Of a DNA stretch of 64,000 nucleotides, positions 8,064 through 17,061 are shown in pieces (position 1 is the stretch's first letter; every line of letters starts with the position of its first letter). The notes below the pieces were generated by a model. It searched no databases. It worked only from the letters and a program-made list of their open reading frames with translations, and was not told the DNA's origin. The translations under genes were made by a program, and so were the position numbers. Location: the NCBI GenBank assembly GCA_963588055.1, contig CAVAGB010000008.1, positions 11,622-75,621 on the forward strand, given 5' to 3'. Source of the DNA: Erysipelotrichaceae bacterium (GTDB lineage Bacteria; Bacillota_I; Bacilli_A; RFN20; CAG-826).

Positions 8064-9419
8064 ATGCTGGAGAGAAAAATCAGTCAAAAATTGTTTGAAT
8101 GGAAGCAGTCTCAAGAGAATTCGAAAGAGAAAAAAGCCTTGATTGTCAAAGGGCTTAGACAGGTTGGCAAAACCTACATCATCGAACGTTTCGCGAAAGA
8201 GAATTACAAGAACTTTATCAAGTTGGACTTCAAAGCCAACCGTTCTTTGAAGGACGCTTTTTCAGGCGACTTAGACGTAGACACCATCCTTTTGAACCTG
8301 TCAGTTAAGATCAAGACGAAACCCATTCCTGGAAAGACGTTGATCTTCATGGATGAGATCCAGGAATGCTCCTCCGCGAGGGCTTCTCTTAAATCCTTTT
8401 GCGTAGACGGCAGATACGACGTCATCGCCTCAGGCTCGCTCCTTGGGCTGAACGGCTATAACCGCAAATCGAGCGAAGGGCCTTCGGTTGGATACGAGAT
8501 CTTCTTGGAGATGCAAGGAATGGACTTCGAGGAGTTCCTTTGGGCAAAGGGGGTCAGCAAGGAGATCCTCGCCAGAATAAAAACCCGTTTCAATAAGAGG
8601 CAGCCGATTGACCTAGCCATTCACGAGACGTTGCTTCGTTATTTCAAAGAGTACCTCATCGTCGGAGGGATGCCGGGCGTAGTCAACGCGTTCATCAGAA
8701 ACAACAGCTTCGCCGACGCGAGGCTCCTTCAGAAGTCTTTGCTGACTTCTTATAAAGACGACTTCGGACGTTTTTTGGACAAAAAAGAGGAGGAGCAAAT
8801 CAATCTGACTTTGAAAACGAAACTGACCCAGATCCTTGACTCCATCCCAAAGCAGCTAGCCAAAGACAACAAGAAGTTCATGTACGCCTCAGTGGCTGAG
8901 ATGGCCAGAAGGGAGACCTACGAGGAGGCACTGCAATGGCTCATCGATTATGGGCTGCTTCTGCCTTGCTGCAACCTGAAGAAAATCGAGTTGCCCTTAT
9001 CCGCCTATAAGGACCAGGATTTCTTCAAAATCTATTTCGCGGATACCGGGCTGCTGGTCTCAATGTTGGAAGAAGGGAGCGCCAGCGACATCCTCAACGA
9101 CAATCTAGGCATCTACAAGGGAGCCTTGTTCGAGGAGCTAGTCGCCTGCGCGTTCTCGAAGATGGGTAGGCCGCTTTATTTCTTCCAAAAGCCCAGTGGG
9201 CTGGAGATCGACTTCGTGACCCGCTATAACGGCAAGGCGACCCTAGTCGAGGTGAAGGCGAAAGGGGGCAAAACCAAATCGGCCGCGACGGTGATGCGCG
9301 ACAAAGTCCATTACGACGTCTCTGATCTGATCCGCCTAACCGCGCAGAACATCAGCTCCGGGGAAGGGGTGCTGACCCTCCCCTACTACCTGGTTTATCT
9401 CCTCGAAGAGGAAATTTGA
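8064..9419 (+). CDS. AAA+ ATPase with DUF4143/PD-(D/E)xK-like domain, paralog 2
   Basis: ORF-track TTG start 7998 replaced by ATG 8064, which has GGAGG 8 nt upstream. Walker A GLRQVGKTY, Walker B LIFMDEIQ, C-terminal LEIDFVTRYNGKATLVEVKA. Confidence 0.75.
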   Translation: MLERKISQKLFEWKQSQENSKEKKALIVKGLRQVGKTYIIERFAKENYKNFIKLDFKANRSLKDAFSGDLDVDTILLNLSVKIKTKPIPGKTLIFMDEIQECSSARASLKSFCVDGRYDVIASGSLLGLNGYNRKSSEGPSVGYEIFLEMQGMDFEEFLWAKGVSKEILARIKTRFNKRQPIDLAIHETLLRYFKEYLIVGGMPGVVNAFIRNNSFADARLLQKSLLTSYKDDFGRFLDKKEEEQINLTLKTKLTQILDSIPKQLAKDNKKFMYASVAEMARRETYEEALQWLIDYGLLLPCCNLKKIELPLSAYKDQDFFKIYFADTGLLVSMLEEGSASDILNDNLGIYKGALFEELVACAFSKMGRPLYFFQKPSGLEIDFVTRYNGKATLVEVKAKGGKTKSAATVMRDKVHYDVSDLIRLTAQNISSGEGVLTLPYYLVYLLEEEI

Positions 9420-9513
9420 CCTTGCGCACACGCGCGTGGCCTTTATAATTCTCCTCGTCAAAAGCAAAGCTAGGGCGACCTAGCGACGCAAAGCTAAAGG
9501 GTCTTAACAAGAC

Positions 9514-9562
9514 AGCCAGCTGCCTCCCGCAAGGGTTTCTAGCAGTTGGCTGGATTTTCTTT
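9514..9562 (+). terminator. putative rho-independent terminator
   Basis: AGCCAGCTGC (9514-9523) pairs with GCAGTTGGCT (9542-9551) at 9/10 positions, followed by GGATTTTCTTT. Confidence 0.4.
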
Positions 9563-9609
9563 GGTCAGCTAGAAACTTAAGCAGGGATTTCTAGTGTAGA
9601 ATTAGACCT

Positions 9610-10629
9610 ATGAGCAAGCTCTTCAAAAGAAAAGGATTCCGCCTCGCAAGCGTGGCTTATTTCCTTTCTTTGGGCACGCTTGCAGTCTCTTTGTTCGCCT
9701 GGTTCAGCACCTCCTCCACCTTCTCTTGGTTCGCCTCGAACAAGGAGGCGAATGCGAATGGCATGGCCATCAAGGTGAAATCAGACGATGACGTCGACAT
9801 CGAAATGGACGTCTTCAAATACGTCGAAGAAGGATCATACGACTCAAGCAGCTCGTGGGTCGGCAAAAACGAATACCACGTGCAGCAGTTCAACGATAGC
9901 GATTCGGACTGGAACCGCAAAATCGCCATGAACCGTTACGATACCGTCTTCCAGGAGGATAACCAGTACACGCCCATCTTGTTCAGATTGAAGCTTTCGG
10001 GCGGCACTCATGACAGCAATACAAAAATCCCCTTGAAGATTGCCCACGATGAAAGCAAAGACAAACTCATAACCACCTCGAAAACTAGCGAAGGGACCGC
10101 AGCCACCTGCGCGGATTACCCTCTCTCCAGTTACATCTCCTCCGTCGTCTCGGTGAAGGCCGTGGTCTACGACGGGACGAACACAAGCGATTCGACGAGC
10201 TGGGACACCGCTTCTTATACAAGCGAAGCCTATCCGGAAGCGACGGCGATTTTCGAGTACATGAGGACGGTCTTCAATGGTGAGGTATCGAGCGTCACCC
10301 CCGAGACGCAATATTTCGTCACGAGCATGACTGGGGGCAAAGACAAGGACGATGCCACAACAGCGGCCGCAAAGACCGAAACGACCTCTTTTACTAGCCT
10401 TACATTCCCCTCGGCAGGTGACTGTACCCTATATATCTGGATCGACTACGACACGGAGAAAGATTTGACGAGTTATACGAAAGGCAGCTCAACAACAGAA
10501 AATTGGGGCACCGGACTTATCAACGCCTACATCAGCCAGATGGAAGCCTACAGCACGCAATCAATCAACGTCAGCTATCCCATTCTCTGCGACCTCACCG
10601 AGATCTCGGTTGTGAGCGACAGCAAATAA
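9610..10629 (+). CDS. secreted/surface Ser/Thr-rich protein with TasA/camelysin-like (SipW-type) N-terminal region
   Basis: N-terminal anchor FRLASVAYFLSLGTLAVSLFAWF, then TFSWFASNKEANANGMAIKV, which resembles the T-x-A-x-F-S/T-D signal class. The rest is beta-rich and S/T/D-rich. The family call is tentative. Confidence 0.4.
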   Translation: MSKLFKRKGFRLASVAYFLSLGTLAVSLFAWFSTSSTFSWFASNKEANANGMAIKVKSDDDVDIEMDVFKYVEEGSYDSSSSWVGKNEYHVQQFNDSDSDWNRKIAMNRYDTVFQEDNQYTPILFRLKLSGGTHDSNTKIPLKIAHDESKDKLITTSKTSEGTAATCADYPLSSYISSVVSVKAVVYDGTNTSDSTSWDTASYTSEAYPEATAIFEYMRTVFNGEVSSVTPETQYFVTSMTGGKDKDDATTAAAKTETTSFTSLTFPSAGDCTLYIWIDYDTEKDLTSYTKGSSTTENWGTGLINAYISQMEAYSTQSINVSYPILCDLTEISVVSDSK

Positions 10630-10630
10630 G

Positions 10631-11938
10631 CTATTTAATTAACCTCAGCAAGAAATCCACCACGCCTATAACGGTGAAATTGTTCGAATCAAGATTCTCC
10701 TTTATTGGGCGATTCACCACGATTATCTTTTGAATCTGATCATTGAGCGCGATGTAAGGCTTTATCTCCCTAGCCCTCGTCTCCGGGCTTGCCATGTCGC
10801 TGCACACCTGGATGTAGAATTGCCTTGGCCCTCTTCTAGCCAAAAAGTCAATCTCATAGGTCTTTTTCACGCTCAACCTTTCCGCGTTCTTCTCAACACC
10901 GTCGAAGCATCCGACATTGACGTTGTATCCGTTGTAGATGAGCTCGTTATAAACCATGTTCTCAAGCATCTGCCCCTCATCGTCGAAAGCGAAATTAAGC
11001 TTGGCGTTTCTCAATCCGTTGTCGGTGAAATAGTACTTCCTTTGCGCGCCGATTTCGCGGTTGCCTTTTACATCGAACCGTTTCGCCTCCTCCAAAATGA
11101 AAGCATCGACGAAGTAAGAGATATAATTCGAGACAAGGTCCCTGCCCACCTTTGATTTGGTGGCGCTTTCGTAGATGCGCGTTAGCTTTTCTGCGTTGAG
11201 GAGCTGTCCGCAACTGCAGCTTAAGGCGTTAGTCAGGCCTTCAAGCGCCTCGCTTTTTGCCAAACGGTGGCGCTCAATGATGTCTTTGAAATAGGTGGTG
11301 TAGAAAAGTTCTTTGAGGTAAGTTTGCTTATCCGCCCCTTCCTTCAGCACCGCCAAAGGCATTCCTCCATATTGCAGATACTCATAAACGGTTTCAACGG
11401 ATGTGCTGTCTTTGTAGTTGCAGAACTCCTCAAAGGATAGGGGACGGAGTTGTATAATCGTCGCTTTGTCGCGGAATTCGGTGACGATGTCGCTTGAAAG
11501 CATCTTTGAATTCGATCCCGTGACATAGAGATCGATGAATTTCTCGCGAGAAAGCCCTAAGACAAGATCGACGAAGCTGATCGCGTTCTCATCGCCTTCT
11601 TTCGCAAGTACGACCTTACCATCTGTATAAACGGGGTTGATCACTCTGTCGAGCAACTGGATTTCGTCAAGGATGACGTAATTCTTCTTATTCGGATTGC
11701 AAAGGGCCCTGACGCGTTTGTCCAATTCGAAGGGGTTCCGGTACTTGGCATTGCGCAGATCATCAAGCTCGATGATGATGATGTTCTCTTCCTGGACGCC
11801 ATTATCGAGGAGATATTGTTTGTACATCTCCTTAAGCAAGAACGATTTGCCGCAGCGTCGGATGCCGGTAATAACCTTTGGGAATCCATTGTCTCTCGCT
11901 TGAATGAGCTTTTTCAGATGATAAGGCCTTGCAATCAT
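10631..11938 (-). CDS. AAA_14 ATPase with DUF4143 domain, paralog 3
   Basis: AAGGAGG SD. Walker A GIRRCGKSF, Walker B YVILDEIQ. C-terminal YEIDFLARRGPRQFYIQVCS, in which the E-V-K triad is replaced by Q-V-C. Confidence 0.8.
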   Translation of the reverse strand: MIARPYHLKKLIQARDNGFPKVITGIRRCGKSFLLKEMYKQYLLDNGVQEENIIIIELDDLRNAKYRNPFELDKRVRALCNPNKKNYVILDEIQLLDRVINPVYTDGKVVLAKEGDENAISFVDLVLGLSREKFIDLYVTGSNSKMLSSDIVTEFRDKATIIQLRPLSFEEFCNYKDSTSVETVYEYLQYGGMPLAVLKEGADKQTYLKELFYTTYFKDIIERHRLAKSEALEGLTNALSCSCGQLLNAEKLTRIYESATKSKVGRDLVSNYISYFVDAFILEEAKRFDVKGNREIGAQRKYYFTDNGLRNAKLNFAFDDEGQMLENMVYNELIYNGYNVNVGCFDGVEKNAERLSVKKTYEIDFLARRGPRQFYIQVCSDMASPETRAREIKPYIALNDQIQKIIVVNRPIKENLDSNNFTVIGVVDFLLRLIK

Positions 11939-11952
11939 AGAACCTCCTTTTC

Positions 11953-12052
11953 GGTAGATGTCTACCTTTTTTGCGGTTAGATTTTAACATATTTAGGCTT
12001 TTTTACAAAAAAAGAACCGCAAATTTGGTAGACTTCTACCTTTTTTGCGGTT
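11953..12052. repeat. 26-nt direct repeat x2 (GGTAGAnnTCTACCTTTTTTGCGGTT), each with an internal palindrome
   Basis: Copies at 11953-11978 (in the 5' leader of paralog 3, abutting its SD) and 12027-12052 (inside the terminator hairpin of the upstream gene). They differ at 2 nt. Confidence 0.85.
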
Positions 12053-12053
12053 C
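12005..12053 (-). terminator. rho-independent terminator of the 12077..12538 gene
   Basis: GAACCGCAAA (12014-23) pairs with TTTGCGGTTC (12044-53). Inner stem GGTAGA/TCTACC. Followed on the minus strand by U7 (A-run 12007-12013). Confidence 0.7.
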
Positions 12054-12076
12054 TGTTTGCCTAGCTCTATTTGGGT

Positions 12077-12538
12077 TTATGCCCTGAAGAGGACGAGGAT
12101 GCTATCGACGATGAGCATCGCCCCGGCGACGTAGAAGAAGACGTTCATGAAGTCCCAGGCGGCCGCGCTGCCCGCGCCCATGAAGACGATGACCAAGCCC
12201 ACGAGGATGTTCACGACGTTGCTGAAGATCCCCTGCCTTCTGATGAGCCCGGAGATGCCATAGGCGATCATCATGACCCCGTTGACGAGGAAGGCGACCC
12301 AAGCGATCGTCCAAGCGAAGGAGATCATCAGGATGCCGAAGATGATCTCGACGATGCCGTAGAGGACGTTGTGGGTGAAGATGGACATCACCCCGAGGAC
12401 GACGGTGATCGCGCCGATCACCGTGACGATGATCCCCATGATCGTCTCCGCGCCATTGACTCCTCCGACGATCAGCATGATGCCGGCGACGAGCAGGGCA
12501 AGCGCATACCATACCCGTCCCATTGTAGATTTAGCCAT
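12077..12538 (-). CDS. small polytopic membrane protein (DUF308/HdeD-like, tentative)
   Basis: 153 aa with 5-6 hydrophobic helices. AAGGAGG SD 9 nt upstream. The overlapping plus-strand D/E/H-rich ORF is judged a shadow. Confidence 0.5.
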   Translation of the reverse strand: MAKSTMGRVWYALALLVAGIMLIVGGVNGAETIMGIIVTVIGAITVVLGVMSIFTHNVLYGIVEIIFGILMISFAWTIAWVAFLVNGVMMIAYGISGLIRRQGIFSNVVNILVGLVIVFMGAGSAAAWDFMNVFFYVAGAMLIVDSILVLFRA

Positions 12539-12622
12539 AGATATAAGGCCTCCTTAAAACGAGGGTATTCTAGACCAATTGGGGATGGATGGCTTCCCGA
12601 AATGCAAACAAGGTTGGACTAA

Positions 12623-13873
12623 TCAAAAACGCTTCCCTTCTTTTATGAAATCCATCAGGTTCGCGTGGATGATGCCGTTTCTTTTCTGCGTGATTGAGTC
12701 AGTGGTCAGCAGATAGCGGGGATAACTATCCCAGGTGATGCTTTCAAGGCTGCGATACTCCCTCTCTTCCGTCTCCTCGGAGGAGAAAATCGTGTAGGCG
12801 ACTTGGACGTAAGAGTAATCGTTCTCTTTGCTGCGCATGATGAAGTCGCATTCGAATTGTCCGACTTTGCCAATGCTTATTGAATATCCTAGCCCAGCGG
12901 CATAGGTGAAAACGATGTTTTCCAAGGCCGGCCCGAAATTCACGCGATTATCCGTGCTGGTTGCGTAGTAGAAAGAGAGATCGGAAAGATAATATTTCCT
13001 CTCGCTGCCGATTGCTCGGCGCGTTTTAAGATCGAACCAGCGGCACGGCATAACGATTTTCGCGCTTTCCAAGGCGTCGATGTAGCGCCTTACCGTGACC
13101 GCTTTGGTAGCGATGCCTTTGCTTTTGAGGGCATCCACGATGTTGGATACGCTGATCGCTTTCCCGAAATTGCCGACTAGATAATTCATGACGGAGTCGA
13201 AAACCTCGCGGTTTCTGATCTGGATTCTCCTTTTGATGTCCTTTTCGTAGATTTCCGAGATCAGATTTCTCACGTATTCCCTTTTGGGTGCGAAATCATC
13301 GAGCTTGACCGCATAAGGGAAGCCTCCCTCCAGGATAAAGTTCTTCAGTTCTGTCAGATTATCCTGCGAAACAGGCTTGTGGAAGTGCTCCTTGGCGAGC
13401 AGGTATTCATCGAAGGACAGGGGCAAAACGCTGAATTCAATGTATCTTCCCGTGAGTTTGGTGATCAACTCCCCGGAAAGCAAATAAGAGTTGGAGCCTG
13501 TCACGAAAATGGAGAAGTCCCCTTCCTCTCTCCATCCGTTGATCACCTGCTCAAAACCTTCGACGTTCTGCACCTCGTCGATGAATAGGTATTTGACCCC
13601 TTCAGCCGTGGCGTGTTCTTCGATTAGCTTGTCAAGCTTGTCGGGAGTGTCTATCCCGCGATAGGGCCTTTTGTCCAAATTGAAGAAGAGGATGTTGCTT
13701 TCGTTCACGCCCGAGGCGAGAAGTTCCCTAGCGATTAAAGTCAAAATGGAGGATTTTCCAGAACGCCTTACTCCGGATAAGACTTTGATGATCTCGCATT
13801 CATGGTAAAAGCTTCGTATTTCCGATAAGTATTTTTCACGCGCGAATAAATCAGTAGAAAGGTCAATTAGCAT
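12623..13873 (-). CDS. AAA_14 ATPase with DUF4143 domain, paralog 4
   Basis: TTG 13879 replaced by ATG 13873, which has GGGAGGAAG 7 nt upstream. Walker A GVRRSGKSS, Walker B YLFIDEVQ. C-terminal FECDFIMRSKENDYSYVQVAY, a degenerate nuclease-like triad. Confidence 0.8.
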   Translation of the reverse strand: MLIDLSTDLFAREKYLSEIRSFYHECEIIKVLSGVRRSGKSSILTLIARELLASGVNESNILFFNLDKRPYRGIDTPDKLDKLIEEHATAEGVKYLFIDEVQNVEGFEQVINGWREEGDFSIFVTGSNSYLLSGELITKLTGRYIEFSVLPLSFDEYLLAKEHFHKPVSQDNLTELKNFILEGGFPYAVKLDDFAPKREYVRNLISEIYEKDIKRRIQIRNREVFDSVMNYLVGNFGKAISVSNIVDALKSKGIATKAVTVRRYIDALESAKIVMPCRWFDLKTRRAIGSERKYYLSDLSFYYATSTDNRVNFGPALENIVFTYAAGLGYSISIGKVGQFECDFIMRSKENDYSYVQVAYTIFSSEETEEREYRSLESITWDSYPRYLLTTDSITQKRNGIIHANLMDFIKEGKRF

Positions 13874-13911
13874 TTCCAACTTCCTCCCTAGGAAGTATAC
13901 ATCAAAAAGGT

Positions 13912-13978
13912 GAAAATGCCATTTTAGGGTACTTTTTCTACCGGAAAATGAAATTTAGTACCCTAAAACGCCATTTTC
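13912..13978. repeat. 21-bp inverted repeat (long hairpin) between recN stop and ATPase paralog 4 start
   Basis: GAAAATGCCATTTTAGGGTAC (13912-32) against GTACCCTAAAACGCCATTTTC (13958-78), with 1 mismatch, 1 wobble and a 25-nt loop. U5 follows on the minus strand, so this may be the recN terminator and/or a leader element. Confidence 0.75.
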
Positions 13979-14024
13979 GCATCTTCAAGGCGCCCCGATG
14001 GAACAAAGAAAAAGGCGTATCGGA

Positions 14025-15689
14025 CTACCGGCCCTTCTCCATGACCATCTCTTTCGCGTATTCCCTTTGCTTCTCGGTGATCTTGCCGTTGGAGATGAGG
14101 TTGGCCACCGCGTCGATCTTCTCTTCCAAGCCCAGCTCATGGATGGAGGTGCTCGTCCTGCCGTCTTTGACGCTTTTCTCTATGAGGAGGGCGTGGTCAG
14201 AAAGGCAGGCGACCTGCGGGGCGTGGGTGATCGCGATGACCTGGGTGGATAAGGAGATCTCGTAAATCTTGTTCGCGACGGCTTTGCTGGCTTCGCCTGA
14301 GATCCCCGTGTCGATCTCGTCGAAGATGGCCGTGCCGACTTTGTTGGAAGAGAGGAAGATCGAATGGAAGGCAAGCATGATGCGGCTGGTCTCCCCTCCG
14401 GAGATGATCTTCTCCATCGGTTTGAGCCCCTCCCCCACATTGGTCTCCAAAAGGAACTGGACCTCGTCTATCCCGTCTTCTTTCAAAGAAACCGGATCCT
14501 TCTCTCCGAGGGAGAAAGAGATTTTGAACTCGTCGCGGAGCAAGAGGTCCTTGAGGTTCTTCTTCATGCTCTTCTCGATGAGGGAGGCCACTTGCTGCCT
14601 GATTTTGGAAAGATCAACCCCTCTTTCGTAAGCTTCCTCGAAAGTATTGTCGGCTTGAAGCCTTGCTTCCTCTAGATCCTCTTCGAAGGTCGAGCCTTTC
14701 CCTAGCATCGACTCGAGCTCCGCCTGATAGGAAATGAGCTCAGGGATGGATTTGCGGTACTTCCTCTCCAAAGAGGAGAGCTCGCTGTCCCTTTGCTCGA
14801 GCTCCTCTAGCCTCGCGGGATCGTAATCCAAGGAGGAGAAGAGGCCTTTCAAAGAGGAGAAGATGTCCTCCAATTCGTAATAGGCATCGTCTAAACGCTT
14901 GCTTGATTCCTGGTATTGGGATTGGAAAGAGACGAGTTTTGCGACGTTTTTGTTGAGATCGTAGAGTTTTTCGATGGCGTCCCCATGGACGATCGAAGAA
15001 GAATCCTGCACGAGGGAATAGATGGAGTCGTAGTTCCTGAGGAGGGAGATCTCGTTTTCGATCCTCTCTTGCTCCCCTTCCTCTAGCCCCATCCCTTTGA
15101 GCTCGTTGTATTGGTATTCGTAGAAGTCCCTTTCGGATTCAAGCTTCTCTTTCTTCGCCTTCAGTTCCTCGTAATGGGCTTGCTTCTGCCTGTAGGAAGA
15201 AAGGGACGTGCGGTAGCTCTCAAAATAAGACGCCACCATGGAGGGGCGGTAGGAATCGATGAGGGAGAGATAGTTCTCGGGATTGAGCAGTTTCATCGCG
15301 TCGAACTGCGAATGGATATTCGCCAGAAGAGGGGCAAGGCGAGAGAGGTCGCCCAAGGAGATCATCGTCCCATTGGCTTTGATGTAGCTTTTGGTTTTGC
15401 CGATGACCCTCTCGATGGTCAAAGATCCATCGAAGGGAACGTTAAGTGAGGATAAGAGGGCTTCCAACTTAGGGGAAGAGGCTTCGAATTCCCCGCGGAT
15501 CGTGGCTTTGCTCTCCCCTTGGCGGATGAGTTCGCTTGAAGCTCGCTGCCCCAAAAGCAAAGACAAGGAATCAATGACGAGGCTTTTGCCAGCGCCGGTC
15601 CCGCCCATCAAGACTGTAAAGCCGTTTTTGAAAACGATGTCTACGTTTTCTAGGATGGCAAGATTAACGATGGAAAGGCGTTTGAGCAT
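14025..15689 (-). CDS. recN: DNA repair protein RecN
   Basis: 554 aa. N-terminal GGTGAGKSLVIDSLSLLLGQRA, long coiled-coil middle, C-terminal ISGGETSRIMLA and FDEIDTGISG. Confidence 0.9.
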   Translation of the reverse strand: MLKRLSIVNLAILENVDIVFKNGFTVLMGGTGAGKSLVIDSLSLLLGQRASSELIRQGESKATIRGEFEASSPKLEALLSSLNVPFDGSLTIERVIGKTKSYIKANGTMISLGDLSRLAPLLANIHSQFDAMKLLNPENYLSLIDSYRPSMVASYFESYRTSLSSYRQKQAHYEELKAKKEKLESERDFYEYQYNELKGMGLEEGEQERIENEISLLRNYDSIYSLVQDSSSIVHGDAIEKLYDLNKNVAKLVSFQSQYQESSKRLDDAYYELEDIFSSLKGLFSSLDYDPARLEELEQRDSELSSLERKYRKSIPELISYQAELESMLGKGSTFEEDLEEARLQADNTFEEAYERGVDLSKIRQQVASLIEKSMKKNLKDLLLRDEFKISFSLGEKDPVSLKEDGIDEVQFLLETNVGEGLKPMEKIISGGETSRIMLAFHSIFLSSNKVGTAIFDEIDTGISGEASKAVANKIYEISLSTQVIAITHAPQVACLSDHALLIEKSVKDGRTSTSIHELGLEEKIDAVANLISNGKITEKQREYAKEMVMEKGR

Positions 15690-15894
15690 AGCGAGATCAT
15701 TATACGAGGGTTAGGAAACTCTTTGCTTCGAATTGGCCTGGTTTTCGGTATCAGCATTTCAAGGAAATCGTTCTTCTCTTTGTAAGATTTTTGCAGATAA
15801 AAACGGTTTTGCTGTTTTTATTTTTACTTCAAGTGTTATCTTTGCTATATTTAAGGTAATTAAACGCGCTTAATGTGGGTTTAAGACAAAATAT

Positions 15895-17061
15895 ATGAAA
15901 TTATTAAGAACCGTCGTCTCCGGATTGCCCTTATTTGAGAAGAGCTGCTGCATTGATTTCTTCGCTTCGCAGCGCGTCAGCGAAGAAAACGAGGAGCATA
16001 TGGGCCTTTTGCTAGCAAACGGAGGGGCGAAGTTCTATCAGAACAACGTCCTCTCTTTCGCCGGCATAAACGCGTCTGGGAAAACAACCGTCCTGAAGTT
16101 GATCTCATTCGTATGCTCCTTGCTTGCGAACGAGCCGTTAAACGGCAATGCCTATCCCGAGGTTTTCGATGGATTGAAAGACGACGAGGAGGCCGTTTTC
16201 GAGTCTTCTTTCCTAAGCGGGGCTTCCGTCTATCTGCTGCGAAGCGCCATAGCCAAAGAAAACGGCCGCTTGGTCATCAAAAGCGAATCCCTCAGAGAGA
16301 AAAACGCCAACAGGATAAAAACGAAGAAGGATCTTTTGGAATTGTCCGATTGCAAAATTGTGTTAGCAAGAGACGCGGACGAACCTTTCTTACTGGATGA
16401 TGTGAGCATCATGGTTGCGTTCAACAAAGCGAGCAAAGACGTCGTTTCCTTCTGCGATTTGCTCCATTACACGAATGCCAACGAGCTCAGCATCTCCTCG
16501 GATTGCCCAGGGGAATTGATCGCCTTCTTCGATCCGAGCATCGAGCATCTTCGCATCCGCCAGGAAGGCAAAGAAAGCCGCATCGGCTTGAAATTCAAAG
16601 GGAAAGAGGAAATCGTTTTGAGCCGACTTGCCGAATTGAATCGTTATCTCTCTTCCGGGACCATCAAAGGCATCAACGTCTTCTTAGCCGCCATAAGGAC
16701 TTTTCAAACCGGAGGATACCTCATCATCGATGAGCTTGAGAATCACTTCAATCACGAAATTGTGTCCACTTTGGTCAAGTTCTACATGGATAAGAAGGTG
16801 AACCCCCGCGGCGCGACTTTGCTTTTCTCCACCCATTACGCCGAACTGTTGGATGAGATGGCCAGGAACGACAACATCTACATCACTAAAAACGACGGAG
16901 GCATCAACGTTACGAAGCTCACATCCCTCCTAAAAAGGAACGACATCAAGAAAAGCGATGCTTACGAAAGCGGATATCTTGATGGCACCGCCCCTCAATA
17001 TGAGGCTTATATGGCCCTAAAAAAGGCCTTTGTGAAACAGGCCAAGGAAGGTGAGAGATGA
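15895..17061 (+). CDS. ABC-type ATPase of the AAA_15/AAA_21 class (AbiLi/RloA/AriA-like)
   Basis: Walker A GINASGKTT, signature-like LSSGTIKG, Walker B YLIIDELENHFNH, H-loop LLFSTHY. Stop overlaps the next ATG (ATGA). Confidence 0.7.
   Translation: MKLLRTVVSGLPLFEKSCCIDFFASQRVSEENEEHMGLLLANGGAKFYQNNVLSFAGINASGKTTVLKLISFVCSLLANEPLNGNAYPEVFDGLKDDEEAVFESSFLSGASVYLLRSAIAKENGRLVIKSESLREKNANRIKTKKDLLELSDCKIVLARDADEPFLLDDVSIMVAFNKASKDVVSFCDLLHYTNANELSISSDCPGELIAFFDPSIEHLRIRQEGKESRIGLKFKGKEEIVLSRLAELNRYLSSGTIKGINVFLAAIRTFQTGGYLIIDELENHFNHEIVSTLVKFYMDKKVNPRGATLLFSTHYAELLDEMARNDNIYITKNDGGINVTKLTSLLKRNDIKKSDAYESGYLDGTAPQYEAYMALKKAFVKQAKEGER

Noticed and set aside
12071-12622. 183-aa D/E/H-rich plus-strand ORF and a 136-aa Arg-rich minus-frame ORF overlapping 12077..12538
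   Set aside because: The minus-strand membrane-protein frame has an AAGGAGG SD and coherent TM helices. The alternatives are compositional artefacts.
15690-15894. LexA (Cheo box CGAAC-N4-GTTCG) upstream of recN
   Set aside because: The motif was not found by eye on either strand.
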